Assembly: GCA_052327205.1 (NCBI GenBank) | Contig: CM126207.1 | Coordinates: forward strand, 24,490,001 to 24,554,000 | Direction of reading: 5' to 3' | DNA: 64,000 nucleotides | Origin: Somniosus microcephalus | Lineage: Eukaryota | Shown here: positions 11,688-24,199 of the stretch, in pieces | How the letters are laid out: each line of letters starts with the position of its first letter | Position numbering within the stretch: the stretch's first letter is position 1 | Translations under genes and position numbers: made by a program | Notes under the pieces: generated by a model | What the model was told of the DNA's origin: nothing | Databases searched by the model: none | The model's input: only the letters and a program-made list of their open reading frames with translations

Positions 11688-12136
11688 TTTTAATTCATTT
11701 ATGGGATGTGGGTGTCGCTGGCAAGGCTAGCATTTATTGACCATCCCTAATTGCCCTTGAGAAGGTAATGGTGAGCCGCCGCCTTGAACCGCTGCAATCC
11801 TTGTGGTGAAGGTCTTACTATAGTTTCTTGTCGCGGTTTGATACTGAGTGACTTGGTGTGCCATTTCAGAGGACAGTTAAGAATCAACCACATTGCTGTG
11901 GGTCCGGAGTCACATATTGGCCAGGCCGGGTAAGGACAGCAGATTTCTTTCCCTAAAGGACATTAGTGAACCAGATGGATTTTTACGTCAATCCTGTAGT
12001 TTCATTGTCACTATTACTGATACTAGCTTTTTATTCCAGATTTATTTAATTAACTGAATTTTTTTAATTTCCCAGCTGTGTGGTGGGGTTTAAACTCATG
12101 TATCTGGATCATTAATCCAGGCCTCTGGGTTACTAG
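11688..12136 (-). mobile_element. tRNA-derived SINE whose 3' tail matches the LINE at 8057-8925
   Basis: Degenerate B-box near 12085-12100; the reverse complement of ~11690-11812 aligns with 8822-8925. Confidence 0.75.
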
Positions 12137-12159
12137 TGTGTGTGTGTGCGTGTGTGTGT
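12137..12159. repeat. (TG)n microsatellite
   Basis: Visible dinucleotide run with one interruption. Confidence 0.9.
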
Positions 12160-12417
12160 AGCTAAGCCTAGTTTTTAAAGTACGGTTTTATCTATTCCTC
12201 TCCACAAACCGGATGTTAGCGTGTCGTATAATTGACGTGTCAAAGAATCAATAAATGGTGAATCTCTGGTTGGAAAGCTCCAGATAGGAACAATCAGTTT
12301 ACAGAGGGGTGGTGCTTATCGAGGTTGGTGGGGTGGAGGAAGGTTATTATTAGTGTTAATAACATTTAATTTATCATTATTGACGCAGGCTCCGGTTAGA
12401 AACCTTTTTATTTCAAT

Positions 12418-13179
12418 GGCCCAGAAATTCGGGTCCCCACACGTGAGTATGCACTGGGTACTCCCCTGTAGGCCCAACGAAAGTGCCGGTTTCCTGCATG
12501 CACTGCGCATGCGCGGGAAACCGGCACTTCCGTTCCCCTGAAAGAAGGGGTTCAGAGGTCGAACGTGTGCGCCGGAGAGGCAGCGCATGCGCATCGAACT
12601 TACGTTTTTTTTGCAGGTTTCTCCGGGAGGGTAAGTCTCCAGCAGTTACACTTTTAAAAAGCAGGCACAAGGCCTGCTTTTAACAAGGCAAGTGGTGAAT
12701 TAATTAAAATTAAAACATTTTTTCCACAGGTTTATTATTTTTAAATACTTTAAAGAAAGGTAAGTTTATTCTTAGCCCTGTTAGAAAATGTAATTAATTT
12801 TTTCAAAAATTTAAATTATTGTTTAAAATAGTTATTTCATATAATTTATAGTTATTTTAAAAATGTGATTTTTTAAAAATTTATTTGAAGTTTTAGTGAT
12901 GTTTTGGGGCTTATGGTATTTATAGGTTTTACAGCTCTTCCTGTCAAACTTATGAATGAAGCATTCCCTGCTACCATTGGCTCTCCATGGCCCACGTGAT
13001 CCCAGGGGCTGCATCGAATTAATTGTGCCCCTGGGATACGCAAGCACTGCGCGCCGGCAGTTGGAGGAGGTCCAGGATCGGAATCCCACGCGGGCCCACA
13101 GCTCAATGGCCGGCGCGCTAGGTAAGTGCAGGTCGGGGGTTTGCACCCGCGGGAAGCCTCCGACCCGAATTTCTGGGCC
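12418..13179. mobile_element. PIF/Harbinger-type MITE, 762 bp
   Basis: Perfect 18-bp terminal inverted repeat GGCCCAGAAATTCGGGTC (12418-12435 / 13162-13179); 3-bp target duplication AAT; GC-rich arms and AT-rich centre. Confidence 0.88.
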
Positions 13180-14327
13180 AATATTTTTCATATGAAACTT
13201 GTGACAGAGGCGGTTTAGTTCGTGGACTCTCTGGAAAGTCTCTACAGACCTCCAGGGGTCCGCAGACCCCAATTTAAGAACCACTGCTTGAAAGCACAGC
13301 ATCTTGTATAAAGCAGACACAAGGCTGCCAGCTGTGAAATAAAATGTTATACCATAACTAAACCTGACCAGAAGCATTAAGGCTATATGTTCTGTTTACA
13401 CTAAGGCTCCTTCTTTCAATGTTTTTGTGGGTCAAAAAATTCATCCATGGTGTTTGATTTTCATGTCTCCACAAACCAAAACTATGCTTTAAAATAGCAA
13501 TAAACTTAACAACCCCAAGTATCCTTAGCAAAAAACCTTTTCTCTGCCATATTAAATACCTCTTGTGCATATGCTTTTTTCCAGTGCACAAAAGCTCTTT
13601 ATTTCCATATATGCTCTGTGAGTCTTATATTGGCAGAGTTTTCGCAAACATAGAAGCAATATAGGATACACATCAGAGATGAGTGTTAACATAAAACAGA
13701 TCTAGTAGCTTCGACCATATAATTCACAAGTACTACAGACAAAAGCGATTCATTTTCTACCAACCACAGCTACTAACCTGCGCTATATACAATACATTTT
13801 ATATTTTTAAAAGCCCTCTTTTACAGAGATTTGGTGAATTCATTTTGTTTGCTGATATTACAGTACAAGGATGCAGAGTGATACACCTGATGGCATCTTG
13901 TTGTGTGATTTGAAATCTGGGGGGAAAGTTTAAAAGGGAAAAAAATGAAAAGGGTAAAAATACAAATTCTGTAAAAAAAACAAAAAATGAATAGCCTTTG
14001 AAATGAACAGGACATGCAGTCAAAATGGGAGATTTCTCAACAATTTGATAAAACTGTTCATGTATTGATTTTATGGAAGCATAAACTACTATGTGTGAGC
14101 TGCTGGTAGATCTCAAACACGTATTGTATAAATCTCTGTAAACCATGCATGTTAGAAGATGTAGATTATGTTATTTACAATTTTATACCTCAGGCATTAA
14201 ACATTTATTGCTAGTTGCCGGTGTGACATCACAGCCCCACTGATTTTCACTACCATTGACAACTTGACCTTTGCAGCCATTCATTCTGACCTACAGGCAC
14301 ATGTTTTAAGTATAGAAACAAAAGAAA

Positions 14328-14660
14328 GTGACGGGTTTTGATAGTCAATAAGGAGAAACTGTTTCCACTGGCAGGAGGGTCAGTCAGCAGAGGACACAGA
14401 TTTAAGGTAATTGGCAAAAGAACCAGAGGGGAGATGAGGAGATTTTATTACCGTAGCGAGTTGTTATGATCTGGAATGTACTACCTGTGGTGGAAGCGGA
14501 TTCAATAGTATCTTTCAAAAGGGAATTGGATATATACTTGAAAAGGAAGAATTTGCAGGGCTACAGGGAAAGAGCAGGGGAGTGGGACAAATTTGATAGC
14601 TCTTTCAAAGTGTTGGCACAGGCATAAAGGGGTGAACTCCTCCTGTGCTGTATGATTCTA
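14328..14660 (+). mobile_element. CR1 3' end fragment
   Basis: Degenerate ORF2 C-terminus (RGHRFKVIGKR) followed by the typical 3' end CCTGTGCTGTATGATTCTA. Confidence 0.8.
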
Positions 14661-15304
14661 AAGTAAGAGATGGTCAAGGGCTAGATTAAATATGTATGAG
14701 ATTCTCACTGATCCAGAGCGCTTATGTGCAGAAAATATCATGTTTTATCTGTAAATCACCCCATCCCAATTATTCAGTTAACAATAATGAACAAAATGAG
14801 TGCAAATCTATAAAATGACTTGGATTTAGCTTCCCTTATCTAAATATTCACCTTATCATTTTTTCCTTAACAGGATTTAGAAATGTTCTTAATATAAAAT
14901 GGATTTATCTATATTCTTTAAGTGGAATCAACAAAGTAGCTTCTGAATCATTTATATAATGTTGTTGTATTACTGCGGGTACCAGTTTGACATCACTATC
15001 TGATGTATCATTAACACTACTGCAGTGCAAGGCAATAAGACGACCAGTTTGGCACTATTATCACACCAAGGGAGAGCTGAGCACTTATCTGAATGTGTAC
15101 ATACACATGGTCTGTCAACCAGTGTCCAAACGCTGGTGACATTTTAAAATGTTAGCTAAGAGCCAACAGTGCAGAAGCACAAATCGATACTGAAGAGGTT
15201 AACTTATACTACATATTTTGCATTGCTGCAAAGGTGAAACCCCTTCTCAGCAATAGATATAAATGTGCAATATAAGGGCATTATTATACTATAGATCTCA
15301 ATAT

Positions 15305-15367
15305 TTAAAGCGCTTTGGGTCATCCTGAGGTCATGAAGAACACTATATAAATGCAAGTTCTTTCTTT
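15305..15367 (+). mobile_element. Short L2/DeuSINE-type 3' tail fragment
   Basis: TAAAGCGCTTTGGG...CTATATAAATGCAAGTTCTTTC resembles the tail of the SINE at 9029-9100 in opposite orientation. Confidence 0.6.
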
Positions 15368-16042
15368 AGTGCTATCCATAATCAGATCAGCAACTTGAAT
15401 TCCAAGCCAATGAGCATCTGACACAATTTCAGTTCCATGCAAAAGCGGTGGCATAAGGATGATGTTATTTCCGTTGGTTCCATGTTGCTTTCATCTAGCA
15501 ACAGAGGAGCTCTGCCAATGAATGCTGACCAGCTAGTTAAACTTTAGTGTTCAAAGAGCTGAGGCTGCCTCCTAAATTAAACATATACAAATTTAAGTGT
15601 AAAAATATCCAGTAAACCACCTGTGAATTTTTTTGAACGTGATTTTGCACGGCACTGCAGCATCCCATGTGGAACTCAAGTGGTGTGATACTGTACAGAG
15701 CATCAGTCCCGTCAGGTGTCAGTCTGGCTCCAGAGTTACGCTACTACGTCATATTTACATCAATGCCCATCAACATACATTTAAATGCTCTTCACATTGA
15801 TTGTACTTATACTACTTTCCTGGTCTGAGACCAGTGGCTGCACAGTGCAGAGAACAGCTGGCAGGATCCATTTACCCATGGCTGCAAATTCAACTCATGC
15901 ATGTGTGTGCAAATTGGTAGAGCTCTAATACCCCAGGCGGTAAATAATTAATCTTTTGTGAGTGTGAAGAGGAGTGTCTGTTTCCTCAAAACATTACAAA
16001 AAGACTCTACAGTAAATGTATAAACTGCCTAGGAACACCAAT

Positions 16043-16195
16043 TACATAGAATGTACAGCACAGAAACAGGCCATTCGGTCCAATAGGTGTTTATGCTCCA
16101 CACGAGCCTCCTCTCACCCACTTTATCGAACCCCATCAATATAACCTTCTATTCCTTTCTCCCTGGTGTAATTATCTAGCTTCCCCTGAAATGCA
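16043..16195 (-). mobile_element. CR1 3' end fragment
   Basis: ACATAGAATGTACAGCACAGAAACAGGCCATTCGG is the reverse complement of a CR1-type 3' terminus. Confidence 0.7.
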
Positions 16196-16238
16196 ATCAA
16201 CCACCATCCACATTTTAAGCCAGGCTTCATAGCGCAAT

Positions 16239-16820
16239 GAACATAAGAACATAAGAAATAGGAGCAGGAGTGGGCCATTCGGCCCTTCGAGCCTGCACCT
16301 CCATTGAACAACAATAACAACTTGTATTTATATAGCACCTTTAACGTAGTAAAACATCCCAAGGTGCTGCACAGGAGTATTTTAAGACAAAAAAATTTGA
16401 CACCGAGCCACATAAGGATAAATTAGGGCAGGTGACCAAAAGCTTGGTCAAAGAGGTAGGTTTTAAGGAGCGTCTTAAAGGAGGAGAGAGAGGTGGAGAG
16501 GTGGAGAGGTTTAGGCAGGGAACTCCAGAGCTTAGGGCTTAGGCAACAGAAGGCACAGCAATGGTTGAGCGATTATAATCAGGGATGCTCAAGAGAGCAG
16601 AATTAGAGGATTCAATAAGATCATGGCTGATCTTCGACATCAACTCCACTTTCCCACCCAATTCCCATATCCCTTGATTCCCCTAGAGTCCAAGAATCTG
16701 TCTCAGCCTTGAATATACGCAACGACTGGCTCCTATCTTCTATGTTTCTATGTAGAGAATTCCAAAGATTCACAACCCTCCAAGTGAAGAAATTCCTCCT
16801 CATTTCCGTCCTAAATGGCC
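16239..16820 (-). mobile_element. CR1 3' end fragment interrupted by an L2 fragment
   Basis: (GAACATAA)n 3' microsatellite tail at 16239-16256; ORF2 C-terminal motif EMRRNFFTWRVVNLWNSL in ORF 16621-16854; the host reads CCATT|CAATAAGATC across the insert. Confidence 0.8.
16306..16609 (-). mobile_element. L2-type LINE 3' fragment
   Basis: (AAC)n tail followed by TTGTATTTATATAGCACCTTT; inserted within the CR1 fragment. Confidence 0.7.
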
Positions 16821-17164
16821 GATAAATATAAACTAAATGGAGTTCATACTCCACATGGTGCCTACCCCAAGTGGTGTGAGGAGTCTACCTGGATGGCCAT
16901 CTCACCTTGCTGGGCGTCAGTACATTGCGGAGTCAGGTGAGGACCTCTCACTCTCTCTTTCTGGAGTATTTGCAGCCACTTTCGCCGTTGCGCAGAAAGG
17001 GCGCAGAAAGGGCGCAAGTGCACCCACTGAGGTGGTGATTGCTCCAATTAACGCTGCAAGTGGTGTGTGTGTGGGGTGGGATGAAATTTGGGTCCAGTTA
17101 AAAATTAATTTCACCCCCACCAAAACAAACATGGGGAGCAAGAGAGAGAGGGGAGGGGAAAATG

Positions 17165-17480
17165 GGGAGCTCGGTTGTGGCGCGCACGCGCCTGCAGACG
17201 CTGCAGTTTAAAAAGCGGGAAGCTGCACCGCGTGCGGGAATCGGGGGCGCGCGGGGCGGGGCGGGGGGGGCGGGGCCTGGGCGTGGGGGGTTGGTTGATG
17301 GTGAGGGACGTCGAATGCGATTGGATGGTGCAGCTCGGGGGGGCGGGGCCTGGGCACGCGGCTGGAGGGCGCCCCGCCCCTCTCCTCCCCGCGCCCCGGG
17401 GAAGCTCGAGCTGGGCTTCCTGGTGCAGGTGGAAAGGTGGCCAAGCTGCGTGCTGCTTGCAGCCTGATCCTGGGCGGGCA
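17165..17480. promoter_or_regulatory. GC/CpG-rich island with GC boxes and G-runs (function unknown)
   Basis: Several GGGGCGGGG motifs, ATTGG near 17320, dense CpG. Sits at the edge of the repeat-free zone; could also be a GC-rich MITE remnant. Confidence 0.45.
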
Positions 17481-20400
17481 AGACTTGCAATCCACCCATC
17501 TGCTGCTGCTTGTTTTAAAAAATGACACAATGCATGCAAATGCGCTGTAACGTTTAACCCAATAATGATTTTAATATTTGCACGTCATTTTTTTTTCATT
17601 TTCAACGTTCAATCCGGATTCTTATTCTGCACCCCCCTTACATATTTCCAACAAAAAAAATAGCTGCGCGTATAATGCAATGAAACGAGAGAGAGAGAGA
17701 GAGCCGGTAAAGTTTTCTTCAGAATCGAGCAAAAAAAAAGAGGGGGGTGGGTGGTAATTGAAGAAAAGCGCACGTCGGGAATGGGAGAGGGAGTTATTGG
17801 GAGTAACCTCTCACCCGGAATCAGTGCCAGAGAGAAGCACCAGCGACTGTGAATTAACACACAGCAAGAAAACAAAATTACAACCAGCAACAACACTAAG
17901 GATCAACGCAACATGCTTCCAACCAGCGCCAAGTGGGCACACACCCTTTTTATATTGCATCGCCTGATATTACTTGTACTTTTTCTTTATCACAAATACA
18001 ATACAAATATTGATCTATATAACTGCAATAGTTCTTCATTCCATAATACATGCTAATTCTTACTCCCTAAATACTTATTTCCAATTTGTATGTGAACATT
18101 CAAAGAAACTCTACATTTCATACGCAAAAAATCCTAAGAATCACAAAGAAATACGCATTTATGCTTGATAAATGTATGATTTTGTTTGTGTTTTATAATT
18201 ATTATTTATAACTATCATCACAATAATCATTTAAGTTGGGTTTTTTTTTAACTGACGCAGTACTATTACGGTCTACATATATACCCCATTGTTGGACTTA
18301 CTTCAAAGTGACCCTGACAATCGCCTTCTTAGCAACCAGGCCAGGCTCTGAGCATTTTCTCAATTTAACCACTGGACCCCGCAGAAAGAAAAAAAGCATT
18401 TACTGAGTACTTCGTAACTGAGCGAGTTACTTTTGGAAAGTTGCGTATAGTAGAATTGTGAATTGTGGCTGATAGCAAAGAATGACTATGCATGTTACAG
18501 TTTAAAATGTGTGTCAATGCCAATAAACAATATGCAAATGAAATATACAAATAAACTATATAATTACGACACTTTTCGAAGTAATGTAGTGGGAAATTAA
18601 GTTGAAATGCACACTTCCCTTTTCGTTTGCGTTCAGCTCGTCGTTTGCCAATCAGATAACCGTCACGCAAAATCTTCCTTGGTGCTTCATAATCTTTCCT
18701 TAGCTACGTAGTGTTACTGGTTCTCCAACCGGTGTTTTATGGCAGTTTCTAAAATAATGTAGTGATGATTTTTGTTGCTCCCTTTTTACCTTCGGATCCT
18801 GCGGAGGAAATAATCTGGACAAATGACAACATACCTAAAGAGATGTATATATTTGAAACGCACGCATAAGAAGAATAAAAGAGAAACCAGGTTCTTCGTG
18901 ACAGGTCTAGTACTTGTTGGTAAACATTTGCAGGACTGTAATGCATTACTTTTCGAAATGAAGAGTTGGTTGGACGCCCACACAAAGACTGGGCCTTTGG
19001 AAATTAAAACATTAGTTATCAAACACACAATCCTTGTGTATTATACAACATGCATTCGTTTTAACTACCTTTGTTGAACTTATGTACATTAGCCATACAT
19101 CACATCACAGGTGTTTGTACCGATTGCCCCTGTCCTTACGATAGAAAGATAGCCGAGATTTTAATACATACTTTAAGCTCCAAGTTCAAATATGTATATA
19201 AAAACTGAGAATATTGCTGTGTTTTAATAAACGTGGCCTATATAGTGCATCTTTTAAAGAAATTAAGACACAACATCACATCAACAATTAAACCATAGAA
19301 GCCAGACAGTAAAAGCAATATTCATGTTTTTAATTTTCTACCCGTCTATTGATTTTTACAATACGCATGCAGAAGTTATTGTCACAATTATTATCATGTT
19401 AAAGTTTGTGTAACACACGCGGCGAAATATAATATTGCTTTGTTGAGTATTGTCTAGTGGGTGTTTTTGAACCGAAATTAGCAGCTAAAAAATAAAAAAA
19501 ATAAACTTCACAACGTCAACACTGCATGTGAAAGAAAGCATGTAGTTTTACTTCCAGTAGATTCGAAATGCTGTCCAGGCAAACTGGCGGAAAATTCTAC
19601 ATTAAGCCAGCAACACACCGTTCATTTATTTTGCTTGAATAGTATTTACATGCACTAATATTGTTAACGTTATGATGGTCATGCATTGTTCGTACTCAGT
19701 AATAGCGGTTTATAATATTACATTTTTTGTGGCCACGTCAATCCAAACTTTTCCATGCGACCTGCAAATCCTAAAGAGTATTTCATAATTCCAAGGTTAA
19801 AAGAATACAAAAAAGAGATACACAATATTATTGTAATGTGCATAAGTCAATTGTTTAATGCATAAGGATTTGTACTTTCGTCGCTGTCTATTCAGAGCCT
19901 AAGATAAATTCAGCGAGGAAAAAAAGCTAACAAATCCGCTCACAAATTCTGCGCTTCTATTATTTATGCTGTATTCGTTTTCACTACAGGTGCTTATTTC
20001 GCGCGTTGGAGCTGCTACATTATGCGCATCTACACCTATGGTTGTTGCGGCGCCTATATTTTGTGGCATAATTCAACGATTAACAATATTGCTTTTTGAC
20101 TTAGCCGAAATGTGTACTGTACTTAAAATGGGAGAGTTTATAAACAGCAACAATAAAGTGGGCAGAAATGGAAATATATTATCAATATATGTTAGATTTA
20201 CTAAATAATTATTATGAAACTGAATCTAAATTAACCCGTATTACTTAAACTGGACCCTGTACACTGTCAAATTGAATAGACTGCGAGATTCATTTATTGT
20301 TCTGGCATATGATTAGCAATCTTACTTTCGGTGAAGTCCTAATTATAATCATATATATTATGGACATCAGCAATGCAAATAAAATATACTAGCGTGTACT

Positions 20401-23400
20401 AAATATACATGTATATGTGAATAATATAGCTTAGGACATAATACAATGCCACTTTGTTTGCCCCTCGATAACAGCAATCAGCATCCACATAGAGAACATT
20501 GATTCATCCAACATAATCTGCTTTAAAGATGCAATCCGCACAACGGTGGTTCACACCGGTGATATATTTTATAAATCCTGATAAAGTCCAAATACATTTT
20601 CCACAGACAAAAAGAAAAAGTGCTGATTTAACGTGAATATTATCCTGCCGTAGAAAAAAATATGACTTTTAAATCATGGATTGGTGTATATTTGAATAAG
20701 TTGGTCATATGGGAACTGATATTAAAAAATGACTTCACCGTATTATTTACACAAACTATCTGAAAATGTTTTTTTAAGTACTTATATCAATAGGTTTAAC
20801 GTTTTAATTTAGATAAATGCTGTACATTTAATAACTATATCGCAAATCTATAGCTCAAGGAAGCAGCAAAAATAATTTAACATTTTGATTCTGGTTGTGT
20901 ATTTTGCAAGTATAAATATGTATGCGGGGACATTTAAAGCATTATAATTTATACAGATTTAATTATTGTGGTATCACATTAGCGTGTCTTAAAAGCTGCC
21001 GTAAGTGACTGGTAACTAATTTGTCCTGCACGGTGTCAGAGGACAGCCTTTACTATAAGGTCAGTAGATGGTGATTGTAATAAATATTCACCAGCACGTG
21101 TAGCACTGTTGGCCACATTTCCACTCAGCACACTGCGCATGTACCGAGACTGGCTGCACCACAGCGCACTGTGACTCCGCCAAAGTGAAGTTCCAGAAAT
21201 GTTTCACCCGAACAGAAATCTCTCTGGCACAAAAGTCATTTGGGAAGAGAAAATTTTGTTTTTAAATAACCGTAAACAGTATTCCTTTTCCTTCTCCGAT
21301 TGCCTCGGTTGAAACTATTAATATTTGAACCTCTGAGTTGCCGTGGCAGAAATTGTAACGCGAAATGTAGCATTTTTTTAATGCAAATTCCCCTTAAATA
21401 TTTTTTTGTGTAAAGTGCGTCATCTGGTAACTCCGTGCTATTTTGTGCTATCATTCTAACGCTGGAATAAATGTTACAAATTAATAACAGCTTCCAGCTG
21501 CAGGTTAAAAATAGCAGCGATGTTCCACAGGCTGATCGTGTTTCTTTAGTTAGTGAATTGCACCGCTCTCAAGAGCCTATGGGCAGTCAGCTTGCTTTCT
21601 GTAGGTAAACAGGGAGAAATTGTAAAGACACAAAGATCGAAACAGCAGCTTTTAAAAGCTCGGCGCTATTCGGGTTAATTTAATTTACAATGCATTGTTT
21701 AGTAAGTGAGCTTAAAAACAAAAATGCACGGCGATATCCTTTTGTAACGCACATACACGTCTCTAACTGAATTGATTCTAGTTACCAATAATGAGTTTCT
21801 GTGCGTAGGACTGTTTAGCAGAGATATGTACTATTTCTAAAATAATAACAACTCGTTGCACTGAATATGACAGATCAGAGTGAAGAATGCATAAAGTGCG
21901 ACCCCCATCCCCCCACCCATCCCAAAACTATACCGGCCAATCAATGCTTGTAGACAAGGCTAGGATATTACACTACTTATTGTTATATGCGTTCAGTTAT
22001 TCTGTCCCACCTAATAAGGGTAGGAATCGTCAGTTGTAAACACCAAGGTATTCGTTGCTTTAAGAGCGGTCTTGTGCTTGCAGATAGTGCATAGAGACGG
22101 AGATAAACATTTTATAAGTGTTTTGCTGTCCCTTTTGTTTGTCTCCAATATTGTATTTATAAATATTGGCAACAATAATAAAGATTCGTGTTTGGAGAAC
22201 CGGTGATGCAAACAGCACCAACCCGCTCTCATGTTATCAGTACGCGCCTGTTTTAAAAAATATATCGTCATGTTCAGCTCCAAAAAGGAAAATGCACTGA
22301 GAGTATTCTGCTTTGGGCCTTCCATACGCTACTACTATATTTTCCACTTAAACAATGCAGAAATCAAAAATAGGTCTGAAAGCATTTTCTCTGAAGGAGG
22401 TCATTGACAACGTGGTCCTCGGTTTCTGCTAACTAGTGTTGGACAGGACATGCTATCGCAAACCCTCGTGGGTTTCAAAAATCAATAAGACATGAAGAAA
22501 ATAGCAATAAAATATATTTTTTAGAATTTAAGCAAGAAATAAAATCCAATTGGCCAATAACGTTGCTCTTGTACTTGCAGGCCCGTTTGAGGTATGCCAA
22601 AAAGGTCAAAAATCTTCCGCTGTTTGCGATTCTTTGGGTTTGAGTCGCAATGATTCGAATCGTTGTGTTAGAATTTGAAACAGTTTTTCGTTTGTGCTTC
22701 ATTTCCATTTATTAAAGCTATAAATGCTAAACTTGTGCTTCTATCGATCGCCAAGTACTCCTAATGGTCGACAAACCACCGATAGGTTTCGAACCGAGAG
22801 GGAAATAAAGATAAGATTTCGCATTTGCTATCAATAAAATAAAGGCAAGTAAATTTAAGAATGTATAACGAGAGTGGTCAGGGTGTTTGACCGTCACTCT
22901 CCACAATTTGGAGGAGTGGGAAGCCCACGATTGTGTCCGTGCAGTTTCGCAACCTGCAGACCCAGGTTCCAAACACACTGCGCCTTTCACGCAAACATCT
23001 TGCCTATAGTGGCCCCAGTTACTGTTGCAGTTTCGCACAGGTACCAAAAGCTAAATCCTGCACATTTGTTTAATTTACTGACGTATCAAAAGTGCTCAGG
23101 GCAAAAGTTACAATTTTCACTGTCAATGTTGTGCCTATTAAACAGTACTAGAACCGAGTTAATGTGTTTGTTTACAAACAGTACGCTCTCCTGCACGGCA
23201 TAGCTGGGAGTTGGGGGGGGGGGGGGGTTTACAATGATGTACATTTACGTAACTCTTAATACTAAATATTTGCACTGAATGGTTTAAAAAGGGTTAAAAA
23301 AAATTTCCAGGTGTTTTATTTCCACACACCGATTTTGACGGCTCTGCTACTAGGATTCACAAATGGGCAAATAAATAAAAATATATCAATGCATTTAGGC

Positions 23401-24199
23401 ATATGCAGCATAAAAGCTCTGCGAATGACCTTTTTCATGTTGTTGCTCAGTGAGGCTCCATCCACTCGCAGCTCAGCCTGCCTTCAGAATCCTCACAATC
23501 CTTCCTTCTGCAAGGTGGCGCTCTATGATATGATTTTACTTTGAACACTGCTATGGCTGACTGTTACCGGCTGCTGAAAAGCTTAATTTCAAAAGTGCCA
23601 TTATTCACGAACATACATAAGGCACTTGCTTGTTTTTTTTAAACTATACAAGCTAATGTATTACTAAATAAATGGATGAAGCATATCTTCATTGGGCAGA
23701 ATCAGCATTCTGCACACTGCCTGTTAGTCAGTTAAGACTATTTCAATCCGATGTTGTAAAACACAAACATTACGTTTCAGAGTATGATTACTGAACTAAT
23801 ATTTACGAATGTAATTGTACTTGGTGCTACATTGCGCTTTCTAGACCAGATGAACTTATCTTTTTCTCTAACCCGCCTGCTTACCATATAGCACTGGCCT
23901 TGCTAACCCTAATCCTTGAATAAGCAGTTAAACTATCAATCTCATCTCCCGGAAGGTCAGTTTCTGTTATGTACTCTATGGACATCACAAGCATTCGTAA
24001 CTTTAGCTAGCATCATGATTTGTGTTGTCTGTTGATATGTTGTCTGCTTAATGGGGCGGTCATGCAAGCTACAATGAAGAACAAAGCCCAACAGTTCCAA
24101 CAAGCGTAGCTAAGTTAGTGGAAGCAGTATAGCCTGCAAATCTATCAAAGTAAATAGCAAAGAAGACAATCTGATTTAGTGAAACAGGCGTTCGGCTAC

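Larger units (their letters stand above)
11368..13286. mobile_element. Non-autonomous hAT (Charlie-like) DNA transposon hosting two nested insertions
   Basis: Termini CAGCGGTTCTCAAA / TTTAAGAACCACTG; 8-bp target duplication CTTTAAAG (11360-11367) vs CTTGAAAG (13287-13294). Confidence 0.8.

Noticed and set aside
17098-17539. Overlapping Pro/Gly/Arg-rich ORFs
   Set aside because: Expected from stop-codon scarcity in GC-rich DNA; present in several frames on both strands.
17922-17940. CTCF site near the domain border (GCGCCAAGTGGGCAC)
   Set aside because: Spacing does not fit the core consensus.
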